Made by a program: the position numbers and the translations under genes
Part shown: one piece after another, positions 39,546-48,309 of the stretch
Position numbering within the stretch: position 1 is the stretch's first letter
Layout: every line of letters starts with the position of its first letter
IMG/VR virus record: IMGVR_UViG_3300009008_000010
Coordinates: 56,241 to 120,240 of that record
DNA length: 64,000 nucleotides
DNA from: a virus
Strand: one strand, 5' to 3'
The notes under the pieces: model-generated
Seen by the model: only the letters and a program-made list of their open reading frames with translations
Databases searched by the model: none
Told to the model about the DNA's origin: nothing

Positions 39546-40100
39546 ATGATGACAACAACAAACTCAGAATGTGTTAGACGTTGGAGGGAAAAAACTAAAT
39601 GTAGGTTGGTTGAAGGTTTTGGCGGTAAGTGTAACAAATGTGGTTATAATCGCTGTTATGCTGCTCTTGATTTTCACCACATAGATGAAACGCAAAAGAA
39701 TTTTGGTATTTCGGAGGCATTGGCAAAGCCTAAACGATGGGCAATACTTGTTGAAGAAGCCAAGAAGTGCGTTATGTTGTGTAAGGTTTGCCATGTAGAG
39801 TTGCATGAAGGAATTTGGAGTTTGTCCGAGATAGATTTGTTTGAGTTTAATTACGAGGAACAAAAATCTCAGAAAGAAATTCCAACGGGTGAGTGTCCTG
39901 TGTGTGGTAAAGAAGTTTTCTTAGGAAACATTACTTGCAGCAGGCGATGTGCGGCAAAGAAGAGAAACAAGATTGAATGGCCAGATAATTCTCAACTTTT
40001 AAAAATGTTGGAAGAAGGGTCTTTTGCTTCAGTTGCGACAGAGTTAGGAATCTCAGATGCAGCCATTAGGAAAAGACTCAAAAAATACGGCGCGGTGTGA
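39546..40100 (+). CDS. HNH homing endonuclease with C-terminal HTH
   Basis: GGKCNKCGYNRCYAALDFHH...KCVMLCKVCHVELH. Confidence 0.88.
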   Translation: MMTTTNSECVRRWREKTKCRLVEGFGGKCNKCGYNRCYAALDFHHIDETQKNFGISEALAKPKRWAILVEEAKKCVMLCKVCHVELHEGIWSLSEIDLFEFNYEEQKSQKEIPTGECPVCGKEVFLGNITCSRRCAAKKRNKIEWPDNSQLLKMLEEGSFASVATELGISDAAIRKRLKKYGAV

Positions 40101-40161
40101 TATTGGTTTTACATCCACCCTCTCAAGGTGGACGATGCGGGTTCGATTCCCGTCCGCGTCA
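40089..40161 (+). tRNA. tRNA-Glu(CTC)
   Basis: CCACC-CTCTCAA-GGTGG; paralog of 37696. Confidence 0.8.
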
Positions 40162-40269
40162 CTTGAATATGGGAGTGTTCCCGATTGGTCGGGATACAAT
40201 AGAGAACAATTAAAGAGAGAGGAAGAAGACATGTTGCTTCAGCGATTGAAACGCAGATCCCAATAACTT

Positions 40270-40352
40270 GGGGTCGTCGCATAATGGTGATTGCACCGGA
40301 CTTTTAATCCGGCTCCGAAAGGACATTGCAGGTTCGAGTCCTGTCGGCCCCA
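40270..40352 (+). tRNA. tRNA-Lys(TTT) with long variable arm
   Basis: CCGGA-CTTTTAA-TCCGG; TCC-GAAA-GGA variable arm. Confidence 0.85.
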
Positions 40353-40363
40353 CTATGCTATGC

Positions 40364-40436
40364 GAGGCGGTAGCTCAGTTGGCAGAGCAACGGACTTTTA
40401 ATCCGTAGGTCGAGGGTTCAAGCCCCTCTCGCCTCA
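40364..40436 (+). tRNA. tRNA-Lys(TTT)
   Basis: ACGGA-CTTTTAA-TCCGT. Confidence 0.93.
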
Positions 40437-40446
40437 CTTTAAAATT

Positions 40447-40521
40447 GGCTGGTTAGCTCAGTTCGGTCAGAGCGTCTGACTGTTAATCAGATTGTCCTGG
40501 GTTCAAATCCCAGACCAGCCT
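40447..40521 (+). tRNA. tRNA-Asn(GTT), U73
   Basis: TCTGA-CTGTTAA-TCAGA. Confidence 0.88.
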
Positions 40522-40724
40522 CTAGGAGTGAATGATGGAATTTACTTATGAGGATGGATGGAGAGTTGAAACGAAGGTGAACAAGCCTTATGGGATTATA
40601 GCAAGGATTTTTAATTCCAAAGGCAAAATGGTGGCTAAAAGGAATTATCCACTTGAAGAAGAAGAGCATTGGATTGCAGAGTTGATGTATGTTGAGTTCG
40701 TTCTTTGAAAATTTGGTTTAATAT

Positions 40725-40799
40725 GCCTCCTTAGCTCAGTCTGGTCAGAGCACCTGACTCTTAATCAGGGCGTCGAAGGTTCAAATCCTTCAGGGGGTA
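40725..40799 (+). tRNA. tRNA-Lys(CTT)
   Basis: CCTGA-CTCTTAA-TCAGG. Confidence 0.93.
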
Positions 40800-40917
40800 C
40801 TGCAAGAGAGCCATGCGGCGGCTATTCGGTAGTGTTTTATTTTGGTCTGGTCTGGACAAAATTTAATACTGGTGGTGGCGGCACCCTCTTAGAAGGCCAA
40901 TAGTAAACCGCATTTAT

Positions 40918-40990
40918 GGGCGCGAGGAGCAAGTGGAAGCTCACTAGATTGTCGATCTAGAGGTTGCGGGTTCGATCCCCGTGGCGCTCG
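40918..40990 (+). tRNA. tRNA-Asp(GTC)
   Basis: CTAGA-TTGTCGA-TCTAG. Confidence 0.82.
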
Positions 40991-41051
40991 CTTGGGGCTT
41001 GAGGCAATGCTAAGGCAACCTTACAGCCTGTGAAAGTCAGGCCCCTAATCT

Positions 41052-41335
41052 GCCGTCTTGGTGTGAATCGGTGAAGGGAGTAGACCGACCAATAAAGACG
41101 GTTCAAAAGGATCTGTGAGGGATTTTAAGAAAGGCTTTGAGTAACATCGCAAAAGGCACTAAAAACCGTGAGCCAGAGGAAGGGTCTGGACAGGCTTGAA
41201 GTTAAGTATTAAAATCTAGTAGTAGTTCTAAGTAGAATCGTTGAGTAGGGTCCGTTGAAACCGTAGCTAGGGAACACGCGCGTAGCATTTTGCGATTCGG
41301 AACGCGAAATATGGGTTCGAGTCCCGTAGGCGGCT
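41052..41335 (+). ncRNA. tRNA-shaped RNA with about 215-nt insertion in the D loop
   Basis: GCCGTCT/AGGCGGC acceptor, T arm ATGGG-TTCGAGT-CCCGT, TTGCG-ATTCGGAA-CGCGA arm. Confidence 0.65.
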
Positions 41336-41941
41336 CTTTTGGAGAAATGAGATGGCCAAGCAGTATTTGGGTGACAGTGTTTATGTAGATTTCGATGGAT
41401 ACTACATTACGTTGACTACAGAAAATGGTGAAGGACCATCTAACATCATTCATTTAGAACCGAGTGTAATGGCCAATCTCATAAAATACCATAAGGATGA
41501 GTTAGATGCACACAGAAGCGGACGAGAAACTGGATAGTGCCGCAGAGCATTTAAAAGCGGCATACAAAGACATATCCGAAGTTGTAGTGGATAAGTGTTG
41601 GGGCACGGATGAATACACTAGCGAGTATTTAGAAACAACCGAAGAGGTGATGATTACTCTGCTATCGTTACAAAGGAAACTGGGCAGACGTGGATGAGAA
41701 AAAGTGCTTTTTTGATTTCGGGCAATTTCGCATTATCAAAGCCAATAAGGTGGAGATCATTGCTCGAAATGGAGATAGAGAATTAAACTTGGGAGACGTG
41801 ATTGGGGGAAGACGACTCGATAAAATCATTCTGCACGGGAGGTCAGTTGACACACTTCCTGCAAGGATGACAGCAACGATAACGTTAAATGGTGTTCCTC
41901 TTTTAACAATTGCTGGCCCATATGATACAGATGATTTTTGA

Positions 41942-42010
41942 TGCGGTACGCACGGGTTGCAAGGTTTGGCTTTGAACCAAATCTGAGGAGTTCGAGTCTC
42001 CTTACCGCTG
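41942..42010 (+). tRNA. tRNA-Gln(TTG) with reduced D arm
   Basis: TTTGG-CTTTGAA-CCAAA; T arm AGGAG-TTCGAGT-CTCCT. Confidence 0.7.
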
Positions 42011-42106
42011 CTGGCTGACGCCAAGCGATACGGAAGCGCTACCGTGCTTGGGACCGCAGCACAGAGGGGACAGCGCCATCGCAAGATGCCCCTACCAAAT
42101 AAATAA

Positions 42107-42180
42107 GCCACCGTAGCTCAGTTGGTAGAGCGCTTGTTTCGTAAACAAGAGGTCGATGGGTTCAAATCCCTCTGGTGGCT
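42107..42180 (+). tRNA. tRNA-Thr(CGT)
   Basis: CTTGT-TTCGTAA-ACAAG. Confidence 0.9.
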
Positions 42181-42181
42181 C

Positions 42182-42310
42182 TGGCGGGTAGCTCAATTGG
42201 CAGAGCGCGTAAAAAAACTTCTCTGCAAAATTTGTCCGTAAGGAATGCTCGGTAGGGAATACAATGGTCTTCGGAACCCGTGGTTGCAAGTTCGAGTCTT
42301 GCCCCGCCAA
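42182..42310 (+). tRNA. tRNA with anticodon TCG (Arg) interrupted by a 56-nt insert (42210..42265) at position 28/29
   Basis: Removing the insert gives CGGGT-CTTCGGA-ACCCG and a full cloverleaf. Confidence 0.8.
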
Positions 42311-42313
42311 CTT

Positions 42314-42457
42314 GAGGGAATGACGTAACGGTAGCGTACCAGTACCGCTAGGCCCCAGAGCGTTGGGAGACACAATTAAATGTGGCACCCTAACCCTAAT
42401 TTGGGCATCGGTGTACAAATTAGGCTGGCAGTGTAGGTTCGATTCCTGCTTCCCTCA
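42314..42457 (+). ncRNA. tRNA body with 80-nt multi-hairpin domain in place of the anticodon loop
   Basis: GAGGGAA/TTCCCTC acceptor, D arm, CCAGT/GCTGG stem, T arm. Confidence 0.75.
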
Positions 42458-42542
42458 CTTGCTGTCAAAGATAGCAAAAAGATGCATTCCATGTAGCGAA
42501 AGATAACAAAAATGTTGCATTTCTATGTATGAAATGATTTAG

Positions 42543-42612
42543 CGGGGTGTAGCTCAGATGTTAGAGCGTGCGAAAATATGCAAGGTCGTTGGTTCAAGTC
42601 CAATCACCCCGA
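42543..42612 (+). ncRNA. tRNA-Pro-like body with shortened anticodon arm (pseudo-tRNA)
   Basis: CGGGGTG/CACCCCG-A acceptor; 14-nt TGCGAAAATATGCA arm instead of 17 nt. Confidence 0.7.
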
Positions 42613-42912
42613 CTTGATATGGGACAAAATATTAAAAGCCAAGGAACGGGCAATAAAAGCACTTAAGGAAAAGGATATGGCATACGATCCAGATAAAGAA
42701 CTGGTTTGTTTGAGGAAGCTGTGGGATGCGAGCGGTGGAAGTTGGATCACTACAAAAGAATTAGATGCTATCATGGAAGAAGTTTGGGGCGAGGAACACG
42801 GACTTGCCTGTAATTCCATGATGCGTCGAGGTTTAATTGACTACCACTGCGACGGAGATTGGTCAATTGAATTCACGGAAGAAGATTTAAAAGAGTGGGA
42901 AAGTGAAAGTAA

Positions 42913-42986
42913 CGGGGTGTAGCGCAGTCTGGCAGCGCGTCTGCTTCGGGAGTAGAAGGTCGCTGGTTCAAATCCAGTCACCCCGA
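42913..42986 (+). tRNA. tRNA-Pro(CGG)
   Basis: TCTGC-TTCGGGA-GTAGA. Confidence 0.92.
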
Positions 42987-43050
42987 CCTTTAGCTCAAAG
43001 AAGTTTGTTAATTTGACAAATCTTTTTGAGCGTCTATACTATATAAAAGT

Positions 43051-43524
43051 ATGGACAAATTAATTTTACAAGAGTTAGTCTCAAAAGGACTTTCCACACG
43101 ACAAATAGCAAAAGAAACCGGCAAAAGCCAAACTTCGGTAAGATACTGGTTGGGGAAGCATGAATTAAATACAACTCGTATTCATAAGTGTAAATGTGGT
43201 GAAACCGATAAAAAAAAGTTCCATCCAGGCAGGTATTCGGAGTGCAGGGAGTGCCGGAAGAAGTGGCAAAGGGATAGATTTAGAAGGCTTAAGAAATTTT
43301 ATGTAGACTACAAAGGTGGTAAGTGTGTCAAGTGTGGTTACAATAAATGTCAAGCCTCGCTCGATTTTCACCATCTTGAAGGCAAAGATCCTAATTGGAA
43401 ATACATGAGAAGGTGGGCAAAGAAGCGGGTGTTAAAAGAGCTTGATAAATGCATCCTGGTTTGTAGAAATTGCCACGGGGAGATACACTATAGCGAATAT
43501 ACTTCGGGCGAAACATGGTGCTAG
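43051..43524 (+). CDS. HNH homing endonuclease with N-terminal HTH
   Basis: GLSTRQIAKE; GGKCVKCGYNKCQASLDFHH...KCILVCRNCHGEIH. Confidence 0.88.
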   Translation: MDKLILQELVSKGLSTRQIAKETGKSQTSVRYWLGKHELNTTRIHKCKCGETDKKKFHPGRYSECRECRKKWQRDRFRRLKKFYVDYKGGKCVKCGYNKCQASLDFHHLEGKDPNWKYMRRWAKKRVLKELDKCILVCRNCHGEIHYSEYTSGETWC

Positions 43525-43594
43525 ATGCCATTGACGGGGCAAGGCGTTGCGCGCCCGCCTTTGATCCGTCTAGCCTGTAAATAAAGGATGATGA

Positions 43595-44200
43595 ATGCGG
43601 CTTTTTGTAAATAGCCACTCTATGGCATTACCTAAGCTGGAAACACCATTAGAGTCAACATGGCCTGTGTTATTGTCTGATAGACTTGGATGGCCTCTAC
43701 TTAATGTAAGTGAGGGGGGAGCGTTGCTTGCTCATTGTATGTCTAAGTTTTCACAGACTACAGTTGATGATGTAGTGGTGTTACATGCTGGTCTTGTGGA
43801 TTGTGTTGATAGGGATGTGGCAAAGTTTTACAAAGTGTTTCAGAGGAGATTTGGCGAATTTGGCACAGATATGAAATATCTGGATAGGTTTCCTCGATTG
43901 CGACTTCGTAGTATGCGAAAAATTAGACAGGACATTTTTAGAAACACAACGGAAACGATATGTGTGGTGTTGGCTTTACAGCATATTAATCAAGAACATT
44001 TGTTGAGACACCCACTGTGGAATAAGTCTGTTGATAGAGTCAATGGATTTCTACAAGAGTGGTGTGATATGGCAGAAACCAGGACATTTGTTGAGCCGCC
44101 CACATGTGATGATATGTTTTTAGGGGATAACTACCATTACTCAAAACATGGGCATGAAGTTATTGCTCATTTTTTGTTTGATGTAATTAGAAACAAATGA
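43595..44200 (+). CDS. SGNH/GDSL hydrolase-like protein
   Basis: VNSHS..P....TWP, G.VD, D.YHYS..GH pattern. Confidence 0.6.
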   Translation: MRLFVNSHSMALPKLETPLESTWPVLLSDRLGWPLLNVSEGGALLAHCMSKFSQTTVDDVVVLHAGLVDCVDRDVAKFYKVFQRRFGEFGTDMKYLDRFPRLRLRSMRKIRQDIFRNTTETICVVLALQHINQEHLLRHPLWNKSVDRVNGFLQEWCDMAETRTFVEPPTCDDMFLGDNYHYSKHGHEVIAHFLFDVIRNK

Positions 44201-46001
44201 ACGTTGATAAAAAAGAATTAGAAAAAATCAACAGGAGAATGGTTGGTTGGACTGTTGATCGTGTGGATAGCGGTCACGATGAAAACATATATATCATTCA
44301 CCTGTCTAAGGGAAAAAACAAGCGAAGCATTACGCTTTGTGGAAACGATCTTGGTGGATGGATGGGGCGATGACATATAAAATTCTCGTAATTGAAAGTG
44401 GTGTTGATTGTTGTGAGTGTAGCGGCGAATGTTACTGTGAACCAGAAATCAACACGCATGAGTTGTGTTTAACCGATCTTGCAAGATCAACAAATTACGA
44501 ATTAAAAGAGGCGGCTAACTCTTTGGTGGTTCAAGCGTTACAGGGCAGCGATGAAACATTGAGGGAACGCCTTCGCCAATTGGGATGGGTGAATTTAAAA
44601 GAAATCAAGGATAGGGAAGAAAAGCTGGCTGCTGGAAAACAGTTTTGGATGTATCAGGGAAACAGAATTGCCGACAATCGTTATGGTTGCTCTTTGAGTC
44701 CAGTTGATCTAGAGAATCTGAGTGTTCCTACGGTGCGAATGTTGGCCCGTGAGGATACGCATATTGTCCAAACTATCACCAAACCATCTTTAAAGAAGCT
44801 GTTTAACGCAGAGCAGAAGAAGGTTTATGATCAGGTGGCTAAGCAGGAGAAGAAAGAGAAAGAGAAAAAGGCTGCTGCTGCTAAGACAAAATTGGAGAAG
44901 AAAAAGCAGAGAGAAATTGCAAAGGCTAAGAAGATCCTAGCAGAAGCGGGAGAGACAAATGACAAGCCCTGAAGAAACTGAAAAAATACAGGCTTTGTTG
45001 AAACAAATAGGCGAACGAGCCAGACAAGAGGCGTGGGATGCTGGTGTCCCAACTTGCAGGATGAAAGATGGGGATATAGTCTGGGACTATCCAGACGGCA
45101 AGACTTACGGACACATACCACTTTTAATGTGTGATGACAGGGCTTTGTATCGAATATACTCTAGGAATTTAAGTTTCGGTGTGTTCAGCAAAGCGTCACG
45201 GGGGTTTGTTGGAATACGAGAGAAGTTCGGAGACTTATATTTATTCACCGAATTTCACTGGGATACTGGCCCGCCATTTGGAACGGTTCATCCCAAAGAA
45301 AAATTAGAAATGTTGCCAGAGGAGATGAGCCTTCTGGAAAGTTTGGGCACGGTTGGTGAAAAAAGCCGTCGTCCGATGGAGTTTTCCCAAGACTGGCGAT
45401 ACAAAGACACGAGTGAGTCTTGTAATGAGGCGCAGGGATGGAATGACAAGGATGGCGCAGTGGGAGAAGAAAGCGGAAGGCCACTTATAGCGGGTGAAAA
45501 TAAAGGATGGTATTACCTAGATACTAAGCAGCCCAAAACTGAAGAGGAATGGGCTGTGGGCGTCCCTAATGACGCATTGTTTAAGTGGCTAGAAGAAAAA
45601 GGGGAACAGTATAGGAGCAATGAATAGGAATTGGTTGTTAATTCTAATTATGTCTCTGGCGATTATAGGTTTTGTGATTTTTAACTCACAGACAAAGCCG
45701 GTGACGGAATTTGCTCCATTTTCAAGCGTTCCTCCTGAAGAACCAATTCCACCGGAAGATGAAAGGGTTATTCAAAGGATTGAAGAAATAAAGAGAGAGT
45801 TAAATAATGAACTCACTCTTTTAAAAGTTAGAGTGGATACGATTGCCACTCGCCAAGAAGGGGTTGGTGATATTGGGACTAGAGTAAGTAGGTTGGAGAC
45901 TAGGCTACGAAGTTTCGAGTATGAAGTTCAACGAATGGAACGAGATTTCGATAGACGAATCCGCCGATTGGAAATGGAGATCAGAGTAGAAGAATAAAAT
46001 T

Positions 46002-46075
46002 CGGGGCGTAGCTCAGCCTGGAAGAGCGTCGGCTTTGGGAGCCGAAAGTCGCACGTTCAAATCGTGTCGCCCCGA
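46002..46075 (+). tRNA. tRNA-Pro(TGG)
   Basis: TCGGC-TTTGGGA-GCCGA. Confidence 0.92.
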
Positions 46076-46112
46076 CTCAACTTTGGTTGAATTTGTGTTA
46101 TAATAGGTGTGA

Positions 46113-46184
46113 TGGCTTGTGGTGTAATTGGCAACACGTCTGTCTCTGGAACAGATATTCTAGGTTCAAGTCCTAGCAGGCCAG
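46113..46184 (+). tRNA. tRNA-Gln(CTG)
   Basis: TCTGT-CTCTGGA-ACAGA; TGTTATAAT just upstream. Confidence 0.92.
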
Positions 46185-46189
46185 CTTAT

Positions 46190-46263
46190 AGCAGGATGGT
46201 TACTGGTTTTACCCGCTGGGCTTCATACGTCCAGTTATGTCGGTTCGATTCCGACTCCTGCCA
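46190..46263 (+). tRNA. atypical tRNA-Met(CAT) with initiator-like A1xC72
   Basis: CTGGGC-TTCATAC-GTCCAG; weak D arm. Confidence 0.7.
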
Positions 46264-46265
46264 CT

Positions 46266-46436
46266 TCACTGTTGCCTAGCTTGCTAGGGTGTAGGGCCAC
46301 GTCCCAATACAAGGGGTTGGCGAATGCTTCGTAAGACGTTGGTTAGCCCTTCGGGGTGAAACAAGCCCACAGAATCCGTGTGGAGGCCGACGCATTTTAG
46401 GCTAAACTACCTGTGAGAATTTGGGATCAACAGTGA
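46266..46436 (+). ncRNA. unassigned structured RNA (about 170 nt)
   Basis: TCACTGTTG/CAACAGTGA terminal stem, internal UUCG hairpin, sits within the tRNA run. Confidence 0.55.
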
Positions 46437-46575
46437 TTTAATATGCCGCTTGAGGGAAAAACGTTGTGCGGCGGTAGGTTATTGCCGAAGTTATGGGTAA
46501 AGTCCAGCAAATTACTGGTGATCCCAGAAAGATAGGTGTAGCCAATACCCGCCGTGGACCCGATGGCGGCTCCAT

Positions 46576-46648
46576 GCTACCGAAGCCGAATGGTTAGGCG
46601 CGTTCTTGGTAAGAACGAGGAAGATGGGTTCGATTCCCTCCGGTAGCT
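46576..46648 (+). tRNA. tRNA-Thr(GGT)
   Basis: CGTTC-TTGGTAA-GAACG. Confidence 0.88.
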
Positions 46649-46650
46649 CT

Positions 46651-47454
46651 ATGAATGTGGCGTTAGTGGCAACGTGTCATCCTCGTGTAGAGATAGATTT
46701 CATTGCGGAATGGTTGAAACACTATGCCGCAATAGGTGTCGATTTAATTGATCTTTATATTGATCCTGCCTATACGAACAGTCCGTATAGAAGTCAGAAG
46801 CCTCAGTATAATTATTATGATGAATTGACAGACGAGGATGCGGTTGATAAATTCCAAGAAAGTGTGGCATCTTCAGGTGTTCGGTGTAACGTTAAAACAG
46901 GCGTTGCTGATGGTGGTTGGGGTTTACGTCAAGCCCAAAATATCGTGAGAACTCTTGACGGCGATGCTTTCCGTTGCGATTACTTGCTTCATTTGGATGT
47001 AGATGAATTTTTAATTCTGAAAGGGACTGGCAATTCATCCATTCAAGATAAATTGAACGAGTTGATCGAAGTGTATGGGGAAAACCACTTTGGATTTTAT
47101 CAAAATGTAATGGCTCCCCGGTGGAGCGAAAAATCCGTTTGGGATATTCGTTTGACAAAAGGGTGTATGCAGCATTCTTGGAAGTCTGCCGTTAATATTT
47201 CTCAGATAGGGAATCAATTAGACGAGGGAGGCGACCAAGAACGGGCATACAAAGCGATACACGGGAGAGTAGAACCACATATTGAAGTTCCATCCTGTCA
47301 TGCAAACGTTTTTCATTTTTCAGGATGGGACGAGGGTTCACGTCGCCAAGATGTTTTGGATAGATGGAATCCTTATGTAGTTTTTGAGACCACAGAACAC
47401 ATAGTTTATCGTGATTTTCTGTTGTTCTTAGCCTACGGAGGGGATAGTGATTAG
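46651..47454 (+). CDS. glycosyltransferase (GT2/GT92-like)
   Basis: FIAEWLKHY..IGVD..LYID; YLLHLDVDEFL. Confidence 0.8.
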   Translation: MNVALVATCHPRVEIDFIAEWLKHYAAIGVDLIDLYIDPAYTNSPYRSQKPQYNYYDELTDEDAVDKFQESVASSGVRCNVKTGVADGGWGLRQAQNIVRTLDGDAFRCDYLLHLDVDEFLILKGTGNSSIQDKLNELIEVYGENHFGFYQNVMAPRWSEKSVWDIRLTKGCMQHSWKSAVNISQIGNQLDEGGDQERAYKAIHGRVEPHIEVPSCHANVFHFSGWDEGSRRQDVLDRWNPYVVFETTEHIVYRDFLLFLAYGGDSD

Positions 47455-47896
47455 AGCCTGTATAACGGAAGAAGAGTTGCGAAGGGCTTTGAAGGACGTT
47501 GAAGAAGCTAAAGCAAAAGGATTTACTTCTTCCGTTGCAGTTTTAGAAGCCGTGAAGGTTGGTAGAAGCCTTTCGGATTGCGAGTTGGGTTACGATGGTG
47601 GCGTTATTTTAAAAGGCCACCCTGATGATCCAAAAAAAAACTGGGGTTATTGCAGCACCAAACAGATAGAGTGGTATAAATTAGTTGATAGAGAAGTAGT
47701 CGAAGATGACTAAATCAACAGAGTATAATCTTTGGTGTTGGATTCTCAGTTGGTTCGGAAAAAGAGAACGTGGCACCGTTGTTTTAGAATGTGAAGAAGG
47801 TCATCAACATACAATAAAAATCTGGCAGAAGCCAGGAGAAGACACTTGGGAGGTTATTCAAAAACAGGTTCAAGCGGAGTTTGATAAACAAAATAC

Positions 47897-48024
47897 TGGC
47901 GGGTAGCTCAATTGGCTAGAGCGCGAAAAAAACTTCTCTGCAAAATTTGTCCGAAAGGAATGCTCGGTAGGGAATACATTGCCTATTAAGCACGAGGTTG
48001 TGGGTTCGAGTCCCGCCCCGCCAG
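47897..48024 (+). tRNA. tRNA with anticodon ATT interrupted by a 54-nt insert (47926..47979) at position 28/29
   Basis: Removing the insert gives CGTGC-CTATTAA-GCACG; insert near-identical to 42210..42265. Confidence 0.8.
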
Positions 48025-48309
48025 CTTATGAAAGATTGCCCAGAAGAGAAGTGTTTCCACTGGATTTGCCCTGGTGGAGCGGCTGATATGTCTGGTAAAA
48101 TTTACCAGTCACTTCAGGAGAGTTTTGATCACGGAGATTGGGTTGAATTCCCCTATGGCGGTTGTTCTTGCGGATTCGGCAAGTGCAACCGCTTACACGA
48201 TGATGGCACGGAAGATTATTTTGAACCTTGTGGCGAAGAGGAAGTTGATGTTTGATGAGCCTGCTAAAAATGGGCAAAAGAAGAAAATGGTTTTCATGGA
48301 AGATCATGT

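Noticed and set aside
41052-41335. tmRNA or RNase P RNA
   Set aside because: No GGGG 5' end or G3:U70 alanine acceptor, no tag ORF, and no RNase P GAGGAAAGUCC motif; kept as an unknown tRNA-shaped RNA.
42210-42265. Group I intron or hairpin ribozyme as identity of the tRNA insert
   Set aside because: Far too short for a group I core; it has GUC and GAA words but no hairpin-ribozyme loop B.
46606-46650. ORF-track N-terminal extensions at 46606, 47998, 53660 and 42578
   Set aside because: These starts lie inside tRNA or tRNA-like genes; downstream ATGs are more plausible.
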